Both the position numbers and the translations under genes were made by a program. 52,615 bases of DNA, from NCBI GenBank assembly GCA_018401295.1, contig JAGYLJ010000005.1, positions 1 to 52,615 of the forward strand, written 5' to 3'. Shown one piece after another: positions 28,291 to 37,910 of this stretch. Source of the DNA: a bacterium. GTDB lineage: Bacteria > Patescibacteriota > Minisyncoccia > Phycocordibacterales > UBA12079. Numbering within the stretch: the stretch's first letter is position 1; each line of letters starts with the position of its first letter. Below the pieces are notes generated by a model, which did no database searches, was not told the DNA's origin, and saw nothing but the letters and a program-made list of their open reading frames with translations.

Positions 28291-30690
28291 TTAAAAAATG
28301 TCAGTTAAATTGTTCCAGTTCTCTCCTTTTTTAACATTGACTCCAAAAATAATACCTTTAGTTTTTTGGAGAGGTAAGATAGTTTCCATAATTTCTTTTA
28401 TTTTTAAAATGTATTTCTCTTCAACATCTTTTTTTACTTCAAAAATCAACTCGTCATGCACTTGTAAAAGCATTTTGATTTTTTCTTCTAATTTATTTTG
28501 GATAATATATTTATCTATACGTACCATGGCTATCTTCAAGATATCAGCACTGGTTCCTTGCACGGGGAAATTAACAGCCATCCTCTCCGCCATAGCTCTA
28601 ATAAAGGGTATTTTGGACTTAATGCCTTCAAAATATCTCAATCTACCAAAAAAAGTTCTCATGTATCCATCTACTAACACCTGTCTTTTAACACCTTCTA
28701 AATAATCAGCAACAATCCTAAAAGTCTCAAAATATTGATTATAGAATTCCTGGGCTTCCTTACGAGTTATTTTTTCAACTCCATCAGAAGCATCCTCCAT
28801 ATTCTGTCTCAAAGAGTTAACCCCCATTCCATAAATCATTCCGAAGTTTACAATTTTGGCTTTCCTCCTCATTGATCTGTTAACTTTTTCAAGAGGCACA
28901 CCAAAAATTTTAGAAGCCACCGCTGAGTGAACATCGTCACCGTTCTTAAAAATCTCTATAAGATTTTTATCACCAGACAACATCGCGATAACCCTTAACT
29001 CTACTTGAGAATAATCAAAAGCTACCAAATCAAAACCTTGTGAAGCCTCAAAAACTTCTCTTATCTTTCTTCCGTGTTCAGTCCGAGTAGGAATATTTTG
29101 CATATTTGGATTATTAGAAGAAAGACGACCCGTGGTTGTGCCTGTTTGTAAAAAGGTAGCGTGAATATAATTATTTTTATCAACTAACTCTGGTAAATTA
29201 TCTATGTATGTAGAAAGAAGTTTTTGTAACTCCCTGTATTTTAAAATCTCTTCAACGACAGGATGAAGCCCTAGCATTTTTTTTAATTCCGACTCCTTTG
29301 TTGATTGTTTCCCTGTTGATGTTTTTCTTTGCCCTTTAACTTTTAAATCTAGTTTTTCAAATAAAAATTCAGCTAATTGCTTAGGTGAATTAATATTAAA
29401 TTCACCCTCAGAATATTTCCAGATTTTTTTCTCTAATTTATTTAATTCCTTGTGATATTCTATAGAAATCTTCTTTAAATTTTCAATATTTAATTTAATA
29501 CCAGCTTTACTCATCCTTTTTATGACAGGAATTAGAGATATCTCTATCTTATTTAAAACGAACTCTAATCCTTTAACTTTGATTTCATTCAAAATATATT
29601 GCTTAGCTTCCTGAAAAGTTTTTTTACCACTAAACAAGAACAAATCCTCCTTGGTTGGTTTGGTAATATTTGAATCTAACAACCAGAGAGCAATTAAAAC
29701 TTCCTGTAATTCATCTTCGTCTATAACTTCATCAGGTTTGGTTTCTTCTACTAAGACTTCACCTTCATTTTTATTATCAAAAAAATCACGAACTCTTTGG
29801 GTCAAAGTCCTAAAACCAAATTCTTGAAACAACGAAATTATTTCTTCTTTATTCACCCCTTCCCTCCAAGACTGCTTCGGTAAAGAAAAATTAACAGGAA
29901 CATCCAGCCGAATTGTCGCTAACTCTTTGGAAAAAATAGCCTCTTCCTCATTATTTTTTAATAAATTTAAAATTCTAGGGGTTATTCCTTTGTCTAATAA
30001 AGATTCTTCGTCTTCCCTTATTTGTTTGTAAATATCCTCAATACTCCCAAAACTTTGGATTAAAATAGTAGCTGTTTTTTCACCAATTCCTTTTACCCCA
30101 ATAATATTATCAGAGGGGTCACCTCTTAAGCCTTTATAATCAACCAAAAGTCTAGGTTTGAAACCAAAACGATCAATTACCGCTTTTTCATTATACAAAA
30201 TAGTATCGTTAATTCCCCTTTTGAGGGTATAAACACGAACCTTATCATCATTAACTAACTGCATAGTATCCATATCACCTGATGCAATAATAATATCAAT
30301 ATCTTCATCTTTTAATTGTTCAACAATAGTTCCTAAAACATCATCAGCTTCAAACCCTGATTTTTCATAAACAGGCACGTTAAAAACCCTGAACAAATCC
30401 CGAGATCGATCAATTTGTTTTATTAAATTTTCATCAGGTTTTTGACGACCAGCTTTATAATCATCGTAAATTTTATGACGATAGGTTTGTTCAGGTAAAT
30501 CATAACAAGCCACCATATAATCTGGCTTTAAATCTTTTAAAATTTTTAACAACATAGCAGAAATACCATACAAAGCTCCTGTTGGTTCTCCTTTTTGGGA
30601 AGAAAAATCAGGTAAAGCATGGTAAGCCCTATGAATAATTGCATAAGCATCGAGTAGAACTAACCTTTTATTTTTATCTTGTTTTTTCAT
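28291..30690 (-). CDS. polA: DNA polymerase I (5'-3' exonuclease plus polymerase)
   Basis: LLDA..IHRAYHA, GFEADDV, GDPSDNI, TGRLSS.NPNMQNIP, DYSQVELR, AK.VNFG.IYG, QVHDEL. Confidence 0.96.
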   Translation of the reverse strand: MKKQDKNKRLVLLDAYAIIHRAYHALPDFSSQKGEPTGALYGISAMLLKILKDLKPDYMVACYDLPEQTYRHKIYDDYKAGRQKPDENLIKQIDRSRDLFRVFNVPVYEKSGFEADDVLGTIVEQLKDEDIDIIIASGDMDTMQLVNDDKVRVYTLKRGINDTILYNEKAVIDRFGFKPRLLVDYKGLRGDPSDNIIGVKGIGEKTATILIQSFGSIEDIYKQIREDEESLLDKGITPRILNLLKNNEEEAIFSKELATIRLDVPVNFSLPKQSWREGVNKEEIISLFQEFGFRTLTQRVRDFFDNKNEGEVLVEETKPDEVIDEDELQEVLIALWLLDSNITKPTKEDLFLFSGKKTFQEAKQYILNEIKVKGLEFVLNKIEISLIPVIKRMSKAGIKLNIENLKKISIEYHKELNKLEKKIWKYSEGEFNINSPKQLAEFLFEKLDLKVKGQRKTSTGKQSTKESELKKMLGLHPVVEEILKYRELQKLLSTYIDNLPELVDKNNYIHATFLQTGTTTGRLSSNNPNMQNIPTRTEHGRKIREVFEASQGFDLVAFDYSQVELRVIAMLSGDKNLIEIFKNGDDVHSAVASKIFGVPLEKVNRSMRRKAKIVNFGMIYGMGVNSLRQNMEDASDGVEKITRKEAQEFYNQYFETFRIVADYLEGVKRQVLVDGYMRTFFGRLRYFEGIKSKIPFIRAMAERMAVNFPVQGTSADILKIAMVRIDKYIIQNKLEEKIKMLLQVHDELIFEVKKDVEEKYILKIKEIMETILPLQKTKGIIFGVNVKKGENWNNLTDIF

Positions 30691-31123
30691 AAGAAATTTC
30701 TCTCGTTTCTTCATTAATAAATTTAAAATATATTTTTTCAATATCCATTATTAAAATATCAGCAACTTTTTCTGGCCATTCAATAAAAATAATATTTTTT
30801 GAATCATTAACTATTTCTTCCCAACCAAGAGTTAACAATTCTTTCCCACTCCCCAATCGGTAAGCATCAATATGAATTAAATTTTTAAAATCAAATCCAT
30901 GTAAACCGACCCCATATCTTTTTTGAATCACAAAAGTTGGACTGGTAATATGGTTTTCTATCTTCAAAACTTTGGCGACACTTTGAACAAAAGTTGTTTT
31001 CCCTGAACCTAGATCACCAAATAAACCGACTATAACAGCCTTGTTCTTTTTTGGTTTAAGTTCCTTAATAAAAAAAGCTGAAAAAGCCATCATTTCTTCT
31101 AAGTTATTAATCATCTTTTCCAT
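30674..31123 (-). CDS. tsaE: tRNA threonylcarbamoyladenosine biosynthesis ATPase TsaE
   Basis: GDLGSGKTTFV, ITSPTF, HIDAYRL, IEWPE. Confidence 0.95.
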   Translation of the reverse strand: MEKMINNLEEMMAFSAFFIKELKPKKNKAVIVGLFGDLGSGKTTFVQSVAKVLKIENHITSPTFVIQKRYGVGLHGFDFKNLIHIDAYRLGSGKELLTLGWEEIVNDSKNIIFIEWPEKVADILIMDIEKIYFKFINEETREISYEKTR

Positions 31124-31222
31124 GATAAAATAGTAACATATTTGAGCAGTTATTGGGACAATTTTTATAATTTCCCCAATTGACTACTTAATACTTAACA
31201 AGTAATACTGTATAATATATTT

Positions 31223-32893
31223 ATGATACAATTTGACGAAGAAAAACAAGATGTAAGACTTCAAGAACTTTACAAAAGAGAAGCTGAACAGTTATCCAAA
31301 ATTCTTTCTGTAAAATATGGTCTTCAATATCTTGACTTATCAACTGTTCCAGTTAACACAGATGCCCTTCGTCTCATCCCTGAAGAAGTTTCTAAAAAAA
31401 CTCAAGTAGCTGCCTTTGAAAAAAATGGTCAAAAAATAAAAATAGCAGTGGTTTCTCCTAAAAATGCTGAGACAGAAGAACTACTAAAAAAGTTAGAGGA
31501 GGATGGTTATAAATTGACTATTTTTATGGTTTCTCCTCGAAGCATGGAAAAACTTTGGGAAATATATGCAGAAATTTCTTACTCAGTAAACACCAAGGCG
31601 GGAGTCATCGATATATCCAGTCAAAATATAGAGCAAATAGTTAATAAGATAACTAGCTTAGAAGCTACAAAAGAAATAATACAATCAGTATTAAATTCAA
31701 AAGATTCTTACCGTGTCTCACGTTTCTTTGAGAGTGTTTTGGCTAGCGCATTTGCACTAAATGTTTCCGATATCCATGTTGAACCAGAAGAAGAGTACGT
31801 GGCTATAAGATTTAGATTAGATGGAATTCTTGTAAAAGTTTTAGATTTTGATGTAAAAACATATAGATCCTTCCTGTCTCGTCTTAAATTAATAGCAGGG
31901 TTAAAACTTAGTATTGATAAAAAACCACAGGACGGAAGATTAAGTATTAAACTAGGAGATAAAGAAATTGAAATTAGAGTATCCGTCTTACCAGATGCTT
32001 ATGGAGAATCTGTTGTATTAAGAATTTTAAGCCCTGATGCTATTTCTGTCCCTATAAAAGACTTGGGAATAGAACCACAACTTTTAGAAATCCTTATAAA
32101 AGAAATCGGCCGACCTAACGGGATGCTCCTCAACACAGGACCAACTGGTTCTGGTAAAACAACAACCCTATACGCCTTTTTAAGAAAAATTCACACCCCA
32201 GAAATTAAAATTATCACAATTGAAAACCCAATTGAATACCATCTCCCAGGAGTAGTTCAAACTCAGGTTGATACCAGCAAAGGATACACCTTCTTAGAGG
32301 GACTTCGATCATCACTCCGACAAGACCCTGATGTAATAATGGTAGGAGAGATAAGAGATACAGAAACAGCCAAGATTGCTGTCAACTCAGCTTTAACAGG
32401 TCACCTTGTTTTTTCAACTCTGCATACTAATGATGCTGCTGGTACATTTTATCGTCTAGTTGATCTAGGAATAAAACCAGAGGTTATCAGTACAGCTGTT
32501 AATGTTATCATCGCACAACGTCTAGTTAGGAAACCTTGTAAATATTGTATGGAAAAAGTTGATGCCACAGAAGAAGACAAAAAAATTATTGATGACACTG
32601 TTAGTGGAATCACTAATCTTGAAAAGTACACAGAAAATACAACCCAAGTATATAAGCCAGTAGGTTGTGATAAGTGTAATGAAACCGGCTATAAAGGTAG
32701 GATAGGAATTTTTGAAGCAATCCTAATAAATAACGAAGTAGAAAAAATATTTGAGAAAAACCCAGACAAAAAAGAAATTGAGAATATTTTTAGGAAGCAA
32801 AATATTTTAACTTTAAGGCAAGATGGAATAATAAAAGTATTAAATGGGTTGACAACAATCTCAGAATTAAGAAGAGTTATTGATTTGGAATAA
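31223..32893 (+). CDS. pilB: type IV pilus / T2SS assembly ATPase (PilB/GspE)
   Basis: SDIHVEP, RFRLDG, PQDGR, TGPTGSGKTTTLY, LRQDPDVIMVGEIRD, TGHLVFSTLHTN, Cys pairs. Confidence 0.9.
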   Translation: MIQFDEEKQDVRLQELYKREAEQLSKILSVKYGLQYLDLSTVPVNTDALRLIPEEVSKKTQVAAFEKNGQKIKIAVVSPKNAETEELLKKLEEDGYKLTIFMVSPRSMEKLWEIYAEISYSVNTKAGVIDISSQNIEQIVNKITSLEATKEIIQSVLNSKDSYRVSRFFESVLASAFALNVSDIHVEPEEEYVAIRFRLDGILVKVLDFDVKTYRSFLSRLKLIAGLKLSIDKKPQDGRLSIKLGDKEIEIRVSVLPDAYGESVVLRILSPDAISVPIKDLGIEPQLLEILIKEIGRPNGMLLNTGPTGSGKTTTLYAFLRKIHTPEIKIITIENPIEYHLPGVVQTQVDTSKGYTFLEGLRSSLRQDPDVIMVGEIRDTETAKIAVNSALTGHLVFSTLHTNDAAGTFYRLVDLGIKPEVISTAVNVIIAQRLVRKPCKYCMEKVDATEEDKKIIDDTVSGITNLEKYTENTTQVYKPVGCDKCNETGYKGRIGIFEAILINNEVEKIFEKNPDKKEIENIFRKQNILTLRQDGIIKVLNGLTTISELRRVIDLE

Positions 32894-32962
32894 CTTTTAT
32901 GCTTAGATGTAAAGAGACCCATCAAATGAGTCTCTCGTCATTAAAAAAATCAAAAGTTGAGA

Positions 32963-33087
32963 ATATAATTCTCTAAGTAATTGCATTTTTAGACAATTTA
33001 TTTAAGGAAAGTTCAAGTAAATTAGTAATGAAACTAATAACTGGAAAAACCTCAATAAAGTGTTCTCAATTACTTAGAGAATTATAT
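32963..33087. repeat. 125-bp element with 21-bp perfect terminal inverted repeats
   Basis: ATATAATTCTCTAAGTAATTG at 32963 and CAATTACTTAGAGAATTATAT at 33067. Confidence 0.75.
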
Positions 33088-33149
33088 CCTTAACAACGCA
33101 TATAACTTAACATAGAAACTAATCTGTGTCAAGGATAAAAATAAACCCT

Positions 33150-34157
33150 ATGAAAAACCCCCCTCAACCAGATAAGACAATCGATATTAAAAAAGAGGGA
33201 GTATTTTTAGATCAAACTCTTCGCCCAGCCAAATGGAATGATTATATCGGACAACAAGATATAAAAAACAACCTATTTATTTTACTAAAAGCGGCCGAGG
33301 AACGTTCTCAGCAACCAGAACATATCCTATTTTATGGTCCCCCTGGATTAGGTAAGACCACTCTTGCTTATCTAATCTCAAAAGAAACAAATAAACAAAT
33401 CAAAATCACTTCTGGTCCAGCTATTGAAAAAGTTGGTGATCTAGCTTCCATACTAACTAATCTTTCCCCTGGTGATATTTTATTTATTGATGAAATTCAC
33501 CGTTTAAATAAAAATATTGAGGAAATTCTTTACCCTGCCATGGAATCAAGTTCCTTGGACATTATTATTGGTAAGGGCCCTTCTGCTAGAACCATTCAAC
33601 TAGAACTTCCCCCTTTTACCCTTATTGCTGCCACCACCAGAATGTCAATGTTATCTTCCCCACTTCGCTCTAGATTCTCAGGTGGAACATTTAGACTGGA
33701 ATTTTATTCCGACGAAGAGATCGCTCAAATAATAAAACGCTCAGCTTCTATTTTAGAAGTTGATGTAGATGAAGAGACTTCCTTAGAGATTGCTAAGAGG
33801 AGCCGTTTCACCCCCAGGACAGCTAATTTTCTTCTAAAAAGATGTCGAGATCTAGCTCAAGTAAATAAAAATGATTTAGACAAGGAAACTGTCACAAAAA
33901 CTTTAGAAATGTTAGGTATAGATACTCTAGGATTATCCCAATTAGACCGACAAATACTCTCAACTATTATTGATAAATTCAAAGGTGGCCCAGTTGGTTT
34001 AGGCACTATTGCGGCTGCACTTTCAGAAGAAAGTTCTACTTTAGAAGAAGTTAATGAACCCTATTTAATTCAACTTGGTTTAATAGAAAGAACCCCCCGA
34101 GGGAGAATGGCCACCGAAAAAGCTTTTAAACACCTTAAGGTAAAATTTGAGAAATAA
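33150..34157 (+). CDS. ruvB: Holliday junction branch migration helicase RuvB
   Basis: LRP, YGPPGLGKTTLA, FIDEIHRL, LYPAME, FTLIAATTR, GGPVG, RTPRGR. Confidence 0.96.
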   Translation: MKNPPQPDKTIDIKKEGVFLDQTLRPAKWNDYIGQQDIKNNLFILLKAAEERSQQPEHILFYGPPGLGKTTLAYLISKETNKQIKITSGPAIEKVGDLASILTNLSPGDILFIDEIHRLNKNIEEILYPAMESSSLDIIIGKGPSARTIQLELPPFTLIAATTRMSMLSSPLRSRFSGGTFRLEFYSDEEIAQIIKRSASILEVDVDEETSLEIAKRSRFTPRTANFLLKRCRDLAQVNKNDLDKETVTKTLEMLGIDTLGLSQLDRQILSTIIDKFKGGPVGLGTIAAALSEESSTLEEVNEPYLIQLGLIERTPRGRMATEKAFKHLKVKFEK

Positions 34158-34197
34158 AAAGAAAACTAACCACATTTCTCTAATATAAATATCTATT

Positions 34198-35301
34198 TTA
34201 TATTTTTTGAACCCATGTTGTTCCATTATAATACCAAATTGTTCCATTCTTCCTAAATTCCCATTGAATATTGTCACTCCACACAACCTCAAAATTATCA
34301 CCATCCCAACGAACATAATTAGCGCCCCAGAACAATTGACCACTAGTACTAGTAATCTTAACATCACCATTTACCTCCAATTTCTCACCTGGATTCGTCG
34401 TCCCGATGCCGACGTTGCCTCCAGAAAAATTAAACACACCACCCTTAAATTGCATCTGTGTGTATTCGTTTATGGCATCATTGAAGGATGATATTGTAGC
34501 ATAACCATCATCAGTCATTAAACCTATGTTATTATTGGTTGCCATGTGTATCTGTAGTTTGCTATAAGTTGGGCTCGCCGTTCCGATGCCAACATTACCT
34601 TGTAATCCTAACCAAGTCTGTCCATTACTATTAAATGTTGCGTAGTCAGTTCCTTCATACTTTAAATCAAAAAGACTTGAACCATTATCCATACCTACTG
34701 ACCAATCCACAGTATCTTCGCTTATTCCCAAAAATGTTCCACTTATACCATCTTTGATATGTAGTTTCTGTCCCGGCCCCGTCGTCCCCACCCCCACATT
34801 CCCACTTGTATCAATAGTCATCTTAGAAGTTCCATTAGTTAAGAAACGAAGATCTGTATTAGTTAGAGTTCCTATGGAGCCTTGAGTAGTACCTGACCAG
34901 ATACCTGTGGTAATAGAGTTAGTGACATCTGTGACTTTGAGAGCTGATTGTCCATCTCCTGAGACTTCGAGGAGAGCAGAAGGTGTGGAGGTACCTATAC
35001 CTACATTACCTGTGTTGTAATAGAGTAAGTTACCTACTTTTGTCCAGAGGGAGGAGAGAGATGTAATGATGTATTCTAGTCTTTCTATGAGACTACCATC
35101 GTTATTAGCTGTGACATTGGTAGAATCAAAGTCATTGTTGTTATTGTTAGCTCCTAGGATGTTTTGGGGAAAGTCTTGATCTGAAGAGGATGGGGCTGTT
35201 GTGGGTTCGGTGAAGGCTGCGTTTAGTGTTTTAGTAAAGATAAACATAGTGAAAATCACTATAGTTAGTATTCTAATAGATTGTAAGTGGTTTTTTTTCA
35301 C
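34198..35301 (-). CDS. secreted GNVGIGT-repeat protein, paralogue of the DGR target lacking the VR domain
   Basis: N-terminal part highly similar to 14430-15932, with identical DNA blocks of 36, 54 and 50 bp; four GNVG(I/V)GT repeats. Confidence 0.88.
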   Translation of the reverse strand: MKKNHLQSIRILTIVIFTMFIFTKTLNAAFTEPTTAPSSSDQDFPQNILGANNNNNDFDSTNVTANNDGSLIERLEYIITSLSSLWTKVGNLLYYNTGNVGIGTSTPSALLEVSGDGQSALKVTDVTNSITTGIWSGTTQGSIGTLTNTDLRFLTNGTSKMTIDTSGNVGVGTTGPGQKLHIKDGISGTFLGISEDTVDWSVGMDNGSSLFDLKYEGTDYATFNSNGQTWLGLQGNVGIGTASPTYSKLQIHMATNNNIGLMTDDGYATISSFNDAINEYTQMQFKGGVFNFSGGNVGIGTTNPGEKLEVNGDVKITSTSGQLFWGANYVRWDGDNFEVVWSDNIQWEFRKNGTIWYYNGTTWVQKI

Positions 35302-35470
35302 TTTTATTATTTTATCTTTGATTTTCTATAGTTAAATTTGCTTTACCCTGTTCACAGTTTATTAGTTAACAAGGCTGTTTTAAACAGACTTAACTATATT
35401 ATTATAACTAACATTAGAGAAAAACACATCGTTAATATGTATGAAAATGTGGAAAAGAGAAAACCAATAC

Positions 35471-36874
35471 TTAATTAGATAATAAATCTATGTCCTTCTG
35501 AAACTCTATAGCACGGCTAGCCACTTTGTAACCATAACTGTAAGTAGGCCTCATGTGTTGCAATAATGTTCGACTGGTAGTATTAGAAAGACCTGAATAA
35601 TATTTAGCTGCTGTACAACTCCAGATGTCAAATTGACTACTAAAAGCTGTCTCACATCTTTCCATGGCATCGCTTAAATACAAAGCCGTGGCAGTGAAAG
35701 CATCCAGACTATTAAAAGGTGAAGGAGTATCAACTCCCAAAACTTTAGCTACTCTCTTCTTATAACCAAATTCATTATTTATATCCCACCAAGTAGTTGG
35801 CATAAACTGTGAAGGTCCCATTGCTCCACCATAGGCCCCATCAGAAGCAATTGGACAAGACACAGGGGTTGTTTCAGCATCCATTCCTAATTCTTCAAGA
35901 ATTTTTAGGAAAGAAGGTTTTTGTGTATTACTCATTACAGTCCCGGCTTTATTAGAAGCCGATTGGTTATAAGTGCACCTACCTAAATTTTTTCCAATGA
36001 CCCCATCAATACCAGATTCCTGAGACAATATAGACAAAGTCAAAGCTGCCTCCACACCTATTCTTTCTTCATAAAGTTGAACAAGTTTTAAGGCTTCACC
36101 AAATGTTAATTCTGTTCCTCCTACTGTTCGGAATAAACGATTAGTAATAGCTTTTTTAACTCTTTCCTTTTCAGCAATTGCTTTTTGATATTCAGCTTCC
36201 TGATCTCGATTAAGTGAAAGTAAAGTATCTTTTTCTTCTTTGTAATTTATTTGTTTTTGTTTTTCTGATTCCTGAGTTATTTTTAAACCCCTTTCGTTCA
36301 TTTCCTTTTCTCTTAAAACTTCCCTGGTTGCTACCGTCTCTTCTCTAAAATCCCTTAACTCTAGCAAAGACTCATTTAAATCTCTTTTTATAACCCCATA
36401 ATCATCAACATCAAGAAAAAAATTAGATAAAGACTCTTGTGCTAATATTGCTTCCAAAAAAGAAAATGAATCTAGTTCATTGGTCTTCCTAATGAGGGAC
36501 CCTAGATGTCCTACTATCACATCCATCTTTTCCTCAAGAGATAAAAGTTCCTCTTCTTTCTGTTCTATATCCTTTCCTAACTGATAAATTTTAACCTGAC
36601 TAGTTCTAATATTTAAATCAGTTTTTTTAATATTAGTATCGGCAATAAGTATGTCTCTTTCAATAGTAACAGACTCTCTCTGTTTTAAATCAAGCAAAGC
36701 TTTTTGCTCTTGGACCTCCTTTTCACATTGTTCTGCAATTATTTTTAATTCCTCATCTGTCTTTCCTTCAATATTTAAAATAACACATTCTGTAGAAACA
36801 GCTAGAACAGAAAAAGGGGAAAATAAGAGAGTATAAAGCATTAACGAGAAAATAGTTTTATAAAATTTAAACAT
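35471..36874 (-). CDS. coiled-coil protein with lytic murein transglycosylase (SLT-like) domain
   Basis: Signal peptide, long coiled coil, ILSQES (catalytic Glu), GGAMGPSQFMPTTW, DAFTATALYL. Confidence 0.85.
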   Translation of the reverse strand: MFKFYKTIFSLMLYTLLFSPFSVLAVSTECVILNIEGKTDEELKIIAEQCEKEVQEQKALLDLKQRESVTIERDILIADTNIKKTDLNIRTSQVKIYQLGKDIEQKEEELLSLEEKMDVIVGHLGSLIRKTNELDSFSFLEAILAQESLSNFFLDVDDYGVIKRDLNESLLELRDFREETVATREVLREKEMNERGLKITQESEKQKQINYKEEKDTLLSLNRDQEAEYQKAIAEKERVKKAITNRLFRTVGGTELTFGEALKLVQLYEERIGVEAALTLSILSQESGIDGVIGKNLGRCTYNQSASNKAGTVMSNTQKPSFLKILEELGMDAETTPVSCPIASDGAYGGAMGPSQFMPTTWWDINNEFGYKKRVAKVLGVDTPSPFNSLDAFTATALYLSDAMERCETAFSSQFDIWSCTAAKYYSGLSNTTSRTLLQHMRPTYSYGYKVASRAIEFQKDIDLLSN

Positions 36875-36954
36875 AGGATTAATTATAGCAAATTATACAA
36901 AAAAAATAGACCCCCGACAAAAACCGAGAGTCTATTTAAAATAAAATTTATTTT

Positions 36955-37605
36955 TTAAGCTTTTTCATCTTCTACTTCTTCCTTCTTTCCCTTCTTTTCT
37001 ATTTCTATATCAGCAATATCAGAAACTACTTTTTCATCTTGTTCTTCTTCCACCTTTGTAACAAGGGCAACAACTTCTTCGGGATCATCTAAAAGGGTGG
37101 CAGAAGCAGGAATAATTAAATCTTTAGCTAAAATTCTACTTTCAAAGTCTTTCAAAGAAGAAACATCCACCTTTATATCTTTTGGTAAATCCTTAGGTAA
37201 AACTTCAATCTTCAATTCACGTAGAGTTTTCACAAGAGTTCCTCCCAACTCTTTAACAGCAGGGGCTTCACCAATAAATTCTAAAGTAACATCAGCTTCC
37301 ATAACTTTACCTCTTTCGATCACATAGAAATCAACGTGACGTATAATTTCAGAAACTGGATCAAAGTCAATATCTTGGATAACAGCTTCTTTGTCTTCTC
37401 CTATACCTTTAAGAGTAATCAACGAGGAACCACCAGCTTCTTTCCAAACTTTTTTAAAAGCAATGTATGGAATTGAAATCGGAGTAGTTTTTTCTTTTTT
37501 TCCATAAAAAACACCACGAAGCAATTCAGTCTTACTTTCCACCTTATTAGGTTTTGGGAATTTTTTAGTTAAATCCCTCTCTTTTATATTTAAAATTAAT
37601 GACAT
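36955..37605 (-). CDS. rplY: 50S ribosomal protein L25 (Ctc form)
   Basis: GVFYGKK, DIDFDPV..IRHVDFY, GEAPAVKELGG, LPKDLPKDIKVDVS.L. Confidence 0.92.
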   Translation of the reverse strand: MSLILNIKERDLTKKFPKPNKVESKTELLRGVFYGKKEKTTPISIPYIAFKKVWKEAGGSSLITLKGIGEDKEAVIQDIDFDPVSEIIRHVDFYVIERGKVMEADVTLEFIGEAPAVKELGGTLVKTLRELKIEVLPKDLPKDIKVDVSSLKDFESRILAKDLIIPASATLLDDPEEVVALVTKVEEEQDEKVVSDIADIEIEKKGKKEEVEDEKA

Positions 37606-37756
37606 ATTAGGTAGCATTATAGCTAATTTTGACTAAAAAGCAACATTATTAGAACCAAACTCAATCTCCTGCTGGACAATAACCAATTTCTATGATATAC
37701 TGTTCTAAGAAGTTAGTTCTTTTTTCATAAATCTCGAGGAAAGGAGGTGATGAGAG

Positions 37757-37807
37757 ATGAAGAGGTTCATGATACCAAGAGTAGCCCATTGTGGTGAAGG
37801 CTGCTAA
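37757..37807 (+). CDS. putative 16-aa peptide MKRFMIPRVAHCGEGC
   Basis: AAGGAGGTGAT SD at 37741, upstream TATGAT -10, downstream GC-rich terminator. Confidence 0.45.
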   Translation: MKRFMIPRVAHCGEGC

Positions 37808-37810
37808 ATG

Positions 37811-37849
37811 CGGGGAGATTTCGACTTTGTCGGAATCTCCCCTTTTTTT
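37811..37849 (+). terminator. rho-independent terminator
   Basis: GGGGAGATTTCGAC-TTT-GTCGGAATCTCCCC followed by T7. Confidence 0.8.
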
Positions 37850-37910
37850 ATCCACTTAAAATAGAAAAAAATAATCCAATGAAAATTTTTCTATGTTATA
37901 ATTTGTACTA

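Noticed and set aside
34198-34420. Paralogue as a second DGR target
   Set aside because: Its 3' end has no similarity to TR and no lectin-fold motifs
37661-37855. 64-aa minus-strand ORF
   Set aside because: Promoter, SD and terminator polarity all point to a plus-strand unit
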